From Lytechinus pictus (Eukaryota), in contig NC_087252.1 in assembly GCF_037042905.1 (NCBI RefSeq), positions 4,404,001 through 4,468,000 of the forward strand: a stretch of DNA of 64,000 bases, given 5' to 3'. Position numbers and translations under genes: made by a program. Below are positions 37,960-51,400 of the stretch, piece by piece. A model generated the notes under the pieces. The model had not been told where the DNA came from, made no database searches, and was given only the letters and a program-made list of their open reading frames with translations. Each line of letters opens with the position of its first letter. Positions within the stretch are counted from its first letter, which is position 1.

Positions 37960-38690
37960 TTTTAAAGATAGATGACAAAAATAAAGAATAGAACATAACA
38001 TTTTAATAAACGGAACATGTTTCGAGGTGTCACACCTCATCATCAGCCTGAAAATTATAAACAGAGTCATTGGTATTTATACAGTTAGGATGTCAAGTAA
38101 AATTTCAAGAATATAGTTACATAAGATTACAAGGAATGAATTCAATTGTTACATGGAGTGAGGAAAAAAAAATTACAGTGTCTATGGATTTATCAGATAG
38201 GGGTGGGTTAATTAAATGGATAACATTATTTGGTAATTGTACACCTGTTGGTTTAGTTGAGGTTGTTTCCATTTGATGAAAAGCCCTTCTTTTATTTTTA
38301 GTTGAAAATCTGTTTGAGCAGTATCAAGAATTTTGAAACAGTGGGTATTGCATTCTGACAAGCATTGGGGTGATGATTGCAGGTGTTTCCAGATATGGGA
38401 GTTTTTGTCCTTCCCCAGGTGCTCCTGTACTCGTGTCTTATAATGACGCTTGGTTTGACCAATATAGCGAGCTTTACGAGCTTTTAAAGATAGATTTTAG
38501 GCTTGAAAGTATTATGGATGGGATTTTTTTCCACAACTAAGGTTCGCAGAGCTCTCTGGTCTTAAGTTAAATCATATGAATGAGTCTTCCATAAAGGTGA
38601 GTGTGCACATCAAGGAAATACCAAATATGATCACATCATCATCCTATTACAGTTTACATTCATAAAGAATTTCAGGTATTCTCCAACCTA
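37960..38690 (-). mobile_element. Old Penelope-like remnant of a different family (Poseidon-like GIY-YIG) with a 3' hammerhead motif
   Basis: Minus strand reads, across frameshifts, ARYIGQTKRHYKTRVQEHLGKDK...HIWKHLQ...FKILDTAQTDFQLK..EGLFIKWKQPQLNQQ (about 38470-38240). Not shown in the ORF track. Boundaries approximate. Confidence 0.82.
38012..38048 (-). ncRNA. Minimal type I hammerhead ribozyme motif
   Basis: Minus strand GG-CUGAUGA-U-GAGGUG(uga)CACCUC-GAAA-CAUG-UU-CC: intact core, 6 bp stem II, AACAUGUU palindrome; lies 3' of the GIY-YIG remnant. Confidence 0.75.
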
Positions 38691-38724
38691 CATGTATCTT
38701 GAACTTTTCAGGAATTGTGGTGAA

Positions 38725-39134
38725 ATTCTCGCTACCCCAAATAGGAACAAACATCTCATAATGCGCGAGACGAGTCATGCTCGCGCGAGGTTCGCGATAC
38801 TGAGTCCACCACGCTGAAATCGATGCCAATCAGCGTAATATGTACAGATTATAATACTTTTTATCTAATTTGGTCAGTTTTGATTCCATTTGAATTATAA
38901 ATAAAAAATATATTTCACGTGAAAATGTGAAAGAGAAGGTTGTGATCACGAACTTTCCAAGCGAAAGCCACGTTGTGTTGTTGTGCATGACGGCACTGTT
39001 GATCTGAATGGCAAAACAGTGCATTGGACTTCCGATCAGGAAATTGTAATACCGAAAAGCTATCCCATAATGCAATGCGCGTTACAGGGATTTTCCCGGA
39101 TCTCGGCGAAATCGCTATTTGGGGTAGCGAGAAT
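38725..39134. mobile_element. Non-autonomous TIR element with perfect 20 bp TIRs and TGAA direct repeats
   Basis: TGAA|attctcgctaccccaaatag ... ctatttggggtagcgagaat|TGAA; CpG-rich interior. Confidence 0.82.
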
Positions 39135-39239
39135 TGAAAGTCTAAAGATTTGAATTCAAACAGTTGAGATCTATTGAAAAAAAAATGTTAGGAATAGGTC
39201 AATTGGTTACTGATCTGGATTGTGACGAGTCCTTGGCCG

Positions 39240-39904
39240 CTATTATGCAACCTCAAGATAGATTCATGATTTGAATCATGATTCAAAACACAAACATGAA
39301 ACACCATACCAGTGCAGAATCAGGGTTTAGATGACCTTCATTCTAACGCTGTTTCTCCTCGGAGTTGGGCCAATCCAGTGCACAGTTTGACCAAGGATGT
39401 ATAGGTCAACTTTTCTGCGCTTGTTCTAACTTTACGTCGGCTGTAGCTCAATCGCATAGTCTTTTGTACGTTTGCTCACCTCTCGAAAAATCAATCTGTT
39501 GCTTCCAAAATTCGGTCTATTATACCGGTACCTCATTTTGTTCTTGTTTACTTTTGTTCGATCTTCTTGGTTTATTGGAAATGGTTTCGGAAGTGAATTT
39601 CAGTATACTGTGTATACATGCACGCTAAGCATAGCGCGCGCCTTGAGCTTGGCAAGAGTCAAACCGAAAGTAGCCCGACACAATGACGTCATAGCATCGT
39701 GATTCAAATCACGATTACGTTTATTTGACCATTTTCGTATGTGATTCTACAGAAACGTCTTTCCAAACGCCCCTTTTTCCGTGTTTCATGTTTGTGATTT
39801 GAAAGATGTCTATTTTCCTTTTTGACTAAATGCAACTGGGATTCTGCAGAATCATGATTTTAATCATGATTCTAGGGTAAAAAAGTGTCGCATAAACGCA
39901 CCCC
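39240..39904 (-). mobile_element. TIR element with AATCATGATT-rich subterminal repeats, inverted relative to 43551-44352
   Basis: Reverse complement aligns end to end with 43551-44352 (for example gtcaaaccgaaagtagcccgacacaa versus ttgtgtcgggctactttcggtttgac). Confidence 0.8.
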
Positions 39905-41732
39905 TTGTTATTTTTAAATACTGGTTAGTATTATTTTAACACTATTTAGTTTATACAGTGTACATGTATATCCCCTGCTATGAACCAGATTTCTGTCATT
40001 TAAATCATCCCCCATGAGCACTTATTACATGTACACTTATCATGCTTTTGGCGCCATTTTTCTGAAGAGGATTCGCGGAAGAATCATTTTTGGAACGATG
40101 GAAAAAAAGCAATGTAAACAGACCCTTTTTATACCATTGCTAGAAACCAGCTGAGAAAACAAGGTACTAGATACTGACAACGATCTGGTATGCTATGATA
40201 CCAAGCGGCCTTTTCCGTCAAAATTTCCTGTTTCTTCTCCAGCTCAAAAGTCGGTTAAAGCTGCAAAGTGCTGAGAATCTTCCTGAAAATTAATCTTAAG
40301 AATTGAGATTTCATAACAAAAAAATTTAATACTGCAGCAACTTTGTTTTAAAATTTTGGCACATTCATTCATGCATACAAGTGTACACATTCACCACTCC
40401 CTGTTAAACATTTTGACTAAAGCAGGACAATCTTTGTAGTACTGACACTGGGTTAAGTAAAGCACATTATAGATACATTTCGTGTTGAAGGAAAACACAC
40501 CATGAATGGGATTTGAACCCAGGACACTCTGTTTGGAAGACGGAGAGTCCAAACCAGTAGACCACGATGCATTAATGTTTATTGAAGATTTTAATGCATT
40601 TGTCATGTACATATACTTGTAAAAGAAAGCAAGTTTATGTACTATCAAAGTTTATCAGAATTATAGCTTTAAATTCACTTTTGTAATCCATTCCCTGTAT
40701 GACACGTTTATGAAAGATTGTGATGTTTTCTATCTTTGTGCTGCAAAGTACGATAAGAGCGGCCAGCTTCCTCTACGAGGGGCGTTGGTGTTCCTGTGGT
40801 ATATACATTGTGTTCCCCATTCCTTGATCCATCATTCCGGTATACTTGAGCAAGGACCTTAATAACAATCGAGATAGGACCCCCCCCCCCCCCCCCCCCC
40901 CCCCCGTCCTTGTATGGGTTCATTAAAAAAGTAGGGTTTTCGCAATAGTCCAACAATGTACTGCTCTCTAGATTCTAGTCAGGCTAACCAATGATGATAC
41001 AATACCAATACCACAAGTACCATCATATGATCCACATATTTTCTGTATTCAAAATGTGCTGCTAGAATGCGTTTGGGTGGGGTGGTCATAAACGTGTCAT
41101 AAAGGGAATGGATTAAAAAAGTGAATTTAAAGCTATGATCCCGATAAACTTTGAAAGTACATACACTTGTTTTCTTTCAGACCATGAAAAATTTTGTGAT
41201 TTTTCATGGTCTAAACATCAAATTCTGTTTTCTTCAATGATACACAATACAGAGAGAATGTGTGATGGTATTGCTTTAAGTAGGCTATTTTAATGTCAAT
41301 TTTTAGGGAAGGGTCATGTTTGTATAGGGCACATTTCTGTAACACGTTGACACGAATTGAAATTAAATAAAAATTTGCAAAACCATGAATTATAATTTCA
41401 AATCAGTTGGATGTTTAGCCTCTCATTTTGCATTTTGATGGGGGGGAAAGGGAAGAAATAATAAAGATAAATTTATATTAAATACATTCAGCTTACCACC
41501 TTTCCAAAAAATATGCTGGAAAATAGCGAATTTTGATGACAAACAGATCAGGATCAGCCAGGTTCTTCTTCGATCGCCATCAGCGCAGCTACAGCTGAGC
41601 GTATGAACGTGCCAGCCAATCTGCTGGCGCGTTCGTACGCTTAGCTGTAGCTGACAGAGGATGACAAAGAAAATCAGAAAATGTTGAAAAACTCCTCCAA
41701 AACAGCGGATTTATCTGTCTAGTGTACATTAA

Positions 41733-42297
41733 AGGACCAAGTCCACCCCAACTTAAAGTTGGTATGAATAAAAAGAAAAAACATCCAACAAGAATAACAC
41801 TGAAAACTTCATCAAAATCGAATGTAAAATAAGAAAGTTATGACATCTTAAAGTTTTGCTTAATTTCACAAAACAGTTATATGCACATCCTGGTCAGTAT
41901 GCAAAAGAGGGAACTGATGACTTCACTCACTCACTATTTCTTTGTGTTTTATTACATGAAATACAAAATTTGCGAATTTTCTCCTCATTGTCATTTCTCC
42001 CTGAACATGTTGAATTACCATTGTTTAACATTTTATGGTTCAGTCAGGTTGGTTCTTATTGTCAAATCTGTAAAAATGGAAATATTGTACAAACAATAAA
42101 AAACAAAAGAAATAGTGAGGGACGTCATCAATTCTCTCGTTTGCATGTGGCTAAATTGTGCATGTAACTATTTTGTGAAAAATAAGTGAAACTTTAAAAT
42201 GTCATAACTTTCTTATTTTACATCCGATTTTTCAGCATTTTGCTTGTCTGATTTTTCTCTATTGATTCAAATCAACATTCTTCTGAGGTGGACTTGA
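41733..42297. mobile_element. TTAA-flanked MITE family B, second copy
   Basis: TTAA|aggaccaagtccacccca ... tgaggtggacttg; shares tgtaaaataagaaagttatgacat and other blocks with 15767-16343. Confidence 0.8.
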
Positions 42298-43550
42298 GTT
42301 ATACAATTAGCCCATGAATATTATATTGCAATGCCCTGTGCTAAATAGCTGAAGGAAAATCATGCCCAGGGGGCGCTTTATAGAGGGGCCTCTCCCCTCC
42401 TACCTCAATTTTTGTTTTCAAACTTTTGGTAGAAGGAAAAGAAGAAGATTAAACGAAAAAGAAAATAAACACTTGGTAGGTCTGTTTAAAGCTAAATGAC
42501 AGTAATTGCAGTAAAATACTGATTTCGTTAGAAAGTCTGTAAAACCAAGGTCAAGTATTACTATATCATCGTGGATCTAGATCTGGTACAGATACATAAA
42601 CTGAACTTTGTGAAATCATAATATCTAAGCTAAAAAACGATCACACTGAAGATCGCCAACACAGATAGGCACACGTGGACAGTGTATTATTATTGCTGGA
42701 ATAAAGACCTGACGGAAGTGACAGAATCCGCGCTTATTTTGCTTATTTCTCAGCAATTACACAATTTCTTCCAGAATCCTTTGGCACATATTTTTTATTC
42801 ATACAAACAGACATTTTGGTGATCATTATCTTAAATTCTGTAAAAAGTCATTTTGAGATCGTCCCCACAACTGGAATTTATACAGTACCGTACCCTGCCT
42901 AATATCACCTCTAGCGCATCATCCCCCCCCCCCCCGGATCTATTATCATGTGAAATGAACTTGGAAGCAGTGACCTTGAAAATTGCACATGAAGCATACT
43001 TAGGCTGAGCATTGTAAACTTGAACTACCAACTTCCTCATAAAGAATACTTTAAATCTCTACATGTATGTAGGCCTACAGTACATAATCCTCTTGATATA
43101 AATTAAGGTGGTAGTGATGGTGGTGGAAGGGTAGTGGGGCGGGGGTCCTTACTAGTCTGCAGGCACAGACCGTAGTTTTCGTAATTCGCATAGTGCATAA
43201 TGCATAGTCAGTATTAGTGAGACACTGAGACTAGATTCACTCTGCACTGTGACTGGCTCTCTACACAGATCTATTCTTTGGAGTCTAGTCTTCACTCTAG
43301 ACCTGTTATTGGTTGAAGTGTCAACTACGTGTCTGTCCTTGCAGACTAGATCCTTACTACCAGTACCATAATACTGCAGGGAAAGGTTCCAGGATGTAGT
43401 CTTTGACCCTGCTCTAACCCAGGCCATGATACCATTACTACTACCAGCAGATGTTTCTAAAGATAGGCAGCTAGATCCTTCCTTTCACAGCTCTCGGCCT
43501 CTTCTTATCAAACCTTTGCTCGAGAAAAGTGGCCTGAGTGTATGCAGCCT

Positions 43551-44352
43551 AGGGTGCGTTTATCCGCCACTTTTTTACCCTAGAATCATGATTTGAATCA
43601 TGATTCAAATCATGATTCTGCAGAATCACGATTGCGTTTAGTCGAAATTGAATATAATCATGATTAGAATCACAAACATGAAACACGAAAAAAGGGGCGT
43701 TCGGAAAGACGTTTCTGCAGAATCACGTACGAAAATGTTCGAATAAACGATATCGTGATTACAATCATGATTATATGACCTCACTGTTGTGTCGGGCTAC
43801 TTTCGGTTTGACTCTTGCCAAGCTGAAGGCGCTCTACGTACTATGAATTCATTTCTTGTCATGTTCAAGTTCTGTGTTGGTCATCGCATCGTCCACTACT
43901 TTTCATTTTTTGGTCATGTCTTCAACTTCAAGTTCTAGTAAATGAATTAACTGGACAGACAATGATCTCAGTTGTTGTTGAGTATACAGTATCAATATCA
44001 AATTGGATCTACGCTGAAATTCACTTCCGAACACCATTTTGGATAAACTAACAAGATGAATAGAAGCATATGGACCCTTTATGATAGAAGTAAACAAAAT
44101 GAGGTATAGACTGAATTCTGATGGAAGCAAAAGAATTTTCGAGAGCCGAAACACGTGCGAAAAACTTCCTCTGTCAAACTGCGCACTAATGATGCGCACT
44201 GGATTGGCCCGAATCTGAGGAGAAACAGCATTGGAATGAAGATCGTCTAAACGCTGATTCTGTGATATTGTGATTCATGTTTGTGTTTTGAATCATGATT
44301 CAAATCATGATTCAAATCATGATTCTGGCTTGAGGTCGCATAAACGCAGCCC
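43551..44352 (+). mobile_element. TIR element with AATCATGATT-rich subterminal repeats
   Basis: gggtgcgtttat ... ataaacgcagccc termini with multiple aatcatgatt palindromes at both ends. Confidence 0.8.
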
Positions 44353-45423
44353 TAGACTCCATGACTGGGAATTGTGCATTCAAGTTCTAGTGCTCATTTG
44401 TTGTTCAAAGTTTCCATCAGGGTCTGTACCTGCAGACTACATGTACTGCAGTATGCCCCCCCCCCCTCCCCATCTCTCTCTCTCTCTCTCTCTGAGTACA
44501 AGAAATTGCAATGTACACATATAACATGTGTATAATATATATTTTTATTGGGGAAAAATATATATGTCAAACAAATGAAATACAACAGTCCTCCCAATGT
44601 GAATGGGGATTTTTCTAGCCAGGCTCTTTTTTTTTTCTTTCTTTCCATGCTCTATTGAGCATTTTGGGGCAAAATCACCCCCCCCCATGTAATTTTTTCC
44701 CTGATGTATGCATCAATGTTTGTGAATCTGAAGTAAAAACTATAAGTAAAATTATCAAAATATTGCAATGAAGCTCAAACAGTGATTATTCAAATTTTGA
44801 TTCAAAATTTGGTGAAAAATCACAGTTACAACATGTTGAAAGTGTTGCATATTTCCTTATAAAATAAATAAGATACATGCAGCTGTTGATGATCCTGCAA
44901 GTGGTTGAGCATATCATGAACATGCCTTTTCTGTTTATTCATTAAGAGGTCCAAAAGAAAATCCTATTCCATATTCATTCTTTGGTGAAGTCACAAATTA
45001 TAAGTTTTTATCTAAAGTATTTCATGAGGGGTCGATCAAACCAGACACATTTTTTATATTGAAAAAAATATTTTTATCTCCATAACTTCATACAAGAAAA
45101 ATAATTTATACAATATACATTCAAGAAATAAGTAAGAGAAAAGAAACATTATTCTATACACATGAACTTATCTTTTAATTCAATTTACATAAATGTTGAA
45201 AAAAATTGAACATTGACATAAAAATCAGACACTTGTGTGAGTTTGGGATGTCATTTAATCTACTTGTTTGCATACAGTTGTTAAGGGGTATGTCACCACT
45301 ATAATATAAAGGAAACAATTAATTACATGTAGGTCAATTCACTAGCATTAGCAATATAAAGTATTTTGAGGGTTAAGTTAGAGTTACTGGTAATTGCCCC
45401 TACACCGTTGCACTATTGAATAG

Positions 45424-45870
45424 AGGCTGTTCTCATGCTTTCTAAAACTAGTTAACTGGAAACCAATTCAGGAAACCAGTTTGGAAGATTGCTTTGCTAG
45501 CGTTCCCACTTGATCACACAAAAAGTGGTTTTCAAAATCACTTCATGTAAAGCGATCTTGTTGCTATGGAAACGCTCTCAGTTCCGCGCAAAATTTGAAA
45601 CCGTAGGGTAGGCATTCTACACCTGTCGTTTGGAGTAGCGCGCTCAAAATGTGCGGAGATCGCTTCCTGGAGAACGGTTGTGTCCTCACTTACGCTAAAA
45701 CCAGTTTAACGAGGCAAAGCGATCTTGAAAACTACATCGCGAGGTGGTTTTCCGAACTGGTTCGGGAGATCGCTTCTAAGGCTGCTTCGACCGTTCTCAC
45801 TACGCATTAAACTAATTTCCACTAAACTAGTTTCCAGTAAACTAGTTTTAGGAACGTAGTGAGAACGGTG
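45424..45870. mobile_element. MITE-like TIR element
   Basis: ctgttctca...ctaaaactagtt(a)actggaaacc versus tttccagtaaactagttttagg...tgagaacgg. Confidence 0.65.
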
Positions 45871-47542
45871 TCATAGATTGATGTACAGAATGCCTCTCAT
45901 GTGGGTCCATGTAGTATGCCACTACTGGATTGATATCGTATAATTTTTGGTAAATCTGAATTATTTTGAAATTTATGAATTCATTGTCTTTTTCAGAAAA
46001 CTTGAAATACGCTGTTTACTACTGAATTTACAGGGATCATTCCGTTCCAGTAGGCAATGGGTTAAAACATATTTTATGTAAAAGTTACAATATTCACCAA
46101 ATCTTATATTATCAGGTAAAAGTTCTACAAATTAATAAATGCACTCTCTTATAGGAATAAATACTTGTTTGTCTATAAAAGGAGAAACTTGTTTTAATTT
46201 TTCGCATTTCATGGGAATGAAAGTTATTTTATATTTTAGACAATTGTGGGAGATGATTGAAAAGTTGGGGACCACGGAAAATTGAGCTTTATATCAATAC
46301 TTTGTTTGTTCGTAAGCTTTTAGTTTTGCATAGCCATACATGCTGTTAAAAATGCTAGAAATACTACACTTTTCTAAACTTAAAAATTAATGCATTACTG
46401 ATATAACATGATATACATGTAATTGGATTCTATTGCAATAAAACTATCAAAATACAATCGCAAGCAGTCCAAAGACTGAAATATTTGACTGTTTACAAAT
46501 AGAATCATGGCAAAATTTTGAAGAAAACATAAGTAAATATACAATACACAAATTTATACAAATGAAGAAAAAAAAAGTATTATAAATACATGAACTGAAG
46601 GAACTGGAAATAAGACCCAAAGAGGAAAAGGAAAGAGGGGATTAGGGGGCATCCAGGACCCCAAAAAGGTCCATTGACAAGAGCCTCAAATCAAAAGGAA
46701 CCCAAAATCACACACAAATATCCTACATGTAAAATGTCAGAGGGTCTCAAGCCTACATAAATAACTACATAATTACTACAAGCAGAGGTGCCAATATAAA
46801 GGGAAAGAAAGAAATATTAGATGAAAGAGGGGAGGAAGCGGATGAGAATAGGCAAGTAAGAAATGAGTCAAAAGACAAATGAATTACAGACTTTCAATGA
46901 AAAATGAATTTTAATGAAATAAACATAACTTTAGATTTAGTTTTAGAATCATCAGTTGACTAATTTCTTTCAGCTCAATGGTTTGGCCATGCCCACATCC
47001 CCATTAATTTGTACATTGTACTTTACTTCTCATTGACAAAAAACTATCCATTTTATTTGTCTATCTCTCCCCCCCCCCCCTCATCTCCTATCCTTTCTTT
47101 ATTCCCTTTTTCTTTCTCCTCTTGTCTTATCCCTTTCTAACTCTTTATCTGTCTCATATTCTCTTTTTTTTCACTTTCTATTGGTATCAGTTTTGATACC
47201 ATTCAATGAAACTTGCATAGACAAAGGTCATTAAAAGCATTAATTAATCATATTACAACTGAAGTTTTGTAACAAGGAAGAAAGCCTTGCCAGGCTAGAA
47301 TGTTCAATAGGTCACGCTTCCCTTGTAGATTAAAGCCGTAATCTATTTTGATTATATCAATTTATTTTTGAATCAACAGAAAAGTATTTAAAGAGCAAAA
47401 TATGTACAAGATTTAAGCACCGCTGTTAGGATACAACCTTTATTAATTTAGGTATTTTTTACCTATCGATATCAGATTGTTTCTTTCATTTAAAAAGTGT
47501 TTTATGATATGCTCTTTATATCTGACAATTATTTGGTTGAAA

Positions 47543-48021
47543 ATATGTGACCTGCCACCCTAAAACCAACAAAATGTCGACCCAAATGAATATTGAGATT
47601 TTTATTGGGCTTGAAAATTCATTTTCTAAGCTTTAAAATTATATATGATATGTTAAAATTGACCAACAATAACCATTACAAGTACTTGATTGAATGCAGA
47701 GGAAATTCAGCAAGAGCTTAAAGAAATAAGGAGAAAACAACGTTTGAAGTTTGGGGTTCACTCAAGCATAAGATGTGCATACTGTGTAATTTCAGTGAAA
47801 ATTCAAAGCAGTCCGAAAAAGTAGTGTCCAAGAATCTCTTGTATCTTTTCTTTTATTTAACTTGACGACTTCAAATTTTTACAGTATGAAGAAAAAGAAT
47901 TGTTCTTTCAGATGAGCTATTTTCAAATTATTGTTTTTTTTTTACTAAATTACTATTTTGACTATTTACAGAGAACCTTACCTGGCGACTTATTGGTGGT
48001 TTTGAGGTGGTAGGTCACATA
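47543..48021. mobile_element. MITE-like TIR element
   Basis: atatgtgacctgccaccctaaaacca ... tggttttgaggtggtaggtcacatat. Confidence 0.75.
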
Positions 48022-49043
48022 TATGTAATTATATCTGCAAGACATGAATACCAGTAAAAGTAAACACCAAACAAAACTCTGAAAATTTCATCAAATCTCA
48101 TATAACAAAATTATAGAATTTTAACGTTTAGCCATTATTTTAATGAAAACAGTTCATGTATATGCATGCTGTCCTTTGGGCTAATGATATTCCCACTTAT
48201 TGTATATCGAATCCTAATCAGTTCATATTTTCATACATGTGCGGATGATATGTCTCCCTTGTTACAAAATAAATTGTAGCAATGACAATTGCCAATTCAC
48301 TTTTTTTCTTGGTGGATATAAATTTAAAATCAATTTCTTACAAAAACGAATAAGTGAGGATATGGCATCATTATCTCCCTCATTGTACATTCAAGAAGAC
48401 CAAAATAATGCAAAACTTCAAAATGTCATAGCTTTTTTTATTTCTTGTCCGACTTTGATGAAATTTGTTTTTATCTGTACAAATTATCTTATGTTCAGCC
48501 TAGATTACCCCTTTTTTAAGTTGGAAAATATGTAGATTTTATAGAAACTGATACAAGCTATAAGACTGGCAGCCAAGTTTATACATGAAGTGGGCCTTTA
48601 AAATTCATGTTTCATTGCATGTTAATCTATGGGTTTAAGGAAGTGAGACTGAAATATAATGTACTACTAAAAAAAGAAAAGAAAACACTAGAAACATCTG
48701 CATACTTGAACATCACACGTACATTGTGCATGTTCACAAATGTCCTATATATTATAAGAAGGGGAAAAAATTGATATAAATCTGCAAAACATGTTTTTAT
48801 ATTTTTTAGTTGAAATGGTACACTTTTAGTTATAAAGAATGCAGATTAGTTAATGACATACCTGTTTAAGAGCAGATTTATTAATTACTTTTCCAGTAGA
48901 TCTGCGTGTAATTTCCTTATGATAATACCATTTGTACAGCATGTATTATGTCTATTCATTTTAAATTTTCTGAGGCTTTTACCATAATTGATATTTTTCA
49001 TATTAATGTACATTAAGAATGTTATTGGTTGTTTTCCTTACAG

Positions 49044-49127
49044 TTTCTCGTCTTCACTGCGAGAGTGAGAGTTTTAAGATGGATCTGATACTAGATGTCA
49101 ACACCCAACACTATCCTGTCGACTTTG
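49044..49127 (+). CDS. POLR2H: RPABC3 (RPB8) coding exon 2 ([28 protein letters not shown])
   Basis: ttttccttacag phase-1 acceptor and g|gtaaat donor; the peptide continues the RPB8 sequence exactly from exon 1. Confidence 0.96.
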
Positions 49128-50689
49128 GTAAATACAAAATGATAATAATAGAAATGATGATCTAAATGATGATGATGATGATGATAATAATAATGGTACT
49201 ACTAATGATAATAGTAGTGGTAATTATATTAATAATAATAATAATGATAATAATAATGATAATAATAATAACAATAATAATGATATTATTAATAATACTA
49301 TATATCCCTAGAATTTCTAAATATGTGCACAATCCAAACATGTTTGGCAACAGTTCTTGTGTAAGTTATTTTTTTAAAACGTATTAATTGATTTAGGAAT
49401 CTAAAGAAATTTTATTTTTGCAAACAACATGTATTATAATACAAATCCTATGAGAATGACTTAATTCATTAGTCAATGTGTGAAAGCCTGTGTAAAGCTT
49501 TGGAAAATGGATACTAATTCCTGTGGATTCCTAGAGTATGATCAATCTAACATCTCAATTTTACGCAAGTGTATTGGCTGAAGAATTTTTCTTCAATCCA
49601 TTGATTCTTTTTGAATTTTGAATATTTTTGGTAGATCATACAAACCTTCATTGCCGGCCCCAGTTCTTACATCCTCACCCATCTATCCTCTTCTGTGTTT
49701 ACCTCATTACATTGTGGCGGGCTTGGTAACACAAATCTTAATACAGATGCAGGTCTAGGATATTTTTAAAGGAGGTGTGGTCTTGTAAAAAAGAATTGAC
49801 AAAAATTGACAAAACTTAAAAATCAGAAAAAAGGTTATCACACTAATGAAAGTCAATTATTCTCTGGAAAAAATGACAAGCCAAGAAAATGAATGATATT
49901 TTTAAAAAAGCAAGAAAGAAGAAAAAAGACTTAAGTCACTCACAAATGAAGGGCATTTGTTCTCCAGAAAAAAAGACAATAAAAAAAAGGTCATCACTAA
50001 ATAATGAAGGGCATTTGATCTCCAGAAAAAAAGACAATAAAAAAAAAGGGTCATCACTAAAAAATGAAGGGCATTTGATCTCCAGAATCAACGTCCAGCA
50101 CAATTTTTTTTTTTTTAAGTGTCATCATTCCCAAAATAAAGGCATTTAGCTTTTTTATGCGGGGGGGGGGGATGAAATGGTACAGGGTGCGCCCACATCT
50201 TCCACGACACCTGGATCCGCGCCTGAATTAGTTGCTGATTTATTGCTAATTTTTATTCAATCATCATTATTATGTACAATCAGTCATAAATATCAATATA
50301 CATCCTTGCAATCACTTGCATGACTGAGTTTGATTATGTTGTAGTATTAACTGTATTGATCATCAATTACAAGTCACCTGAAGATCAATCATTATTAAAA
50401 ACTAGTTGTCAAAACAATTTGTGAAATCCGACCAAGGAGGATGCGTACCTGTACAGTATTTCAGAACAACAGTATATCAGATGTTGGATGCTTTAGTTGT
50501 TGCATCTCCAGTCTAATATCTGATGATCAACAATGGAAGACGAGTAGGAGAGAAATCTGCTTACCTACGTTATGACTAAGAGTGATTCATGCAACTAGAA
50601 ATAGACCATAGAATGAGAAAGTTGAAGGGGGTATATAAAAGAATATGGCATCGTGAGATGATAGAATAGGAGGTATAGTGGTGACATAA

Positions 50690-51400
50690 TGTTGATGGTG
50701 ATCATGATGAATTGCTGAAGACGATGATGGTGGTTAGGGTGATGATGATGGTAATGATGGGGATGATGGTGGTGATGATGATGGTTGTGGTAGTGATGAT
50801 GATATTGATGATGGTTGCGGTGCTAGTGATGATAGTAGTAGTGGTGTGTTATTGTGATTATGATGAGGAATATGGTGACCAATGATGTTGATTACTGTGA
50901 TGATGTTGAATGATGGAGTTGATAATGTTGATGATGATGATGATGATGATAAAAAAGATCATTGTGAAGATCATGATGATGATGAAGAAGAAGATCATGA
51001 TGGTGATGATGATGATAAAGATCATGATGAAGATGATGATGATGATGATGATATTGATATTGATGGTTGTGGTGGTGATGATGATTATGATTATGATGAT
51101 ACTGAAGATGATGATGATGATAGCGATGAGGATGATGGTGGTGGTGGTTGTGATGATGATGTTGATGGGGACGCGATGGTGGTGGTGATGATTGTGGTGA
51201 TGGTGGTGTGTTATTGTGATTATGATGATGAATATGGTGACCGATGATATTGATTATGGGGAATGGGGATGATGATGATGTTGAATGATGGAGTTGATGA
51301 TGATGATAAAGATCATTATGAAGATCATGATGATGATGATGTTGATGATGATGATGATAGTGATGATGATGATGATGATGATGATGATGGTGATGATAGT
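50690..51400. repeat. Degenerate (GAT)n array with internal higher-order duplication; a similar array lies at 21340-21520
   Basis: Directly visible; the block gtgttattgtgattatgatga...aatatggtgacc occurs twice (about 50845 and 51207). Confidence 0.93.
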
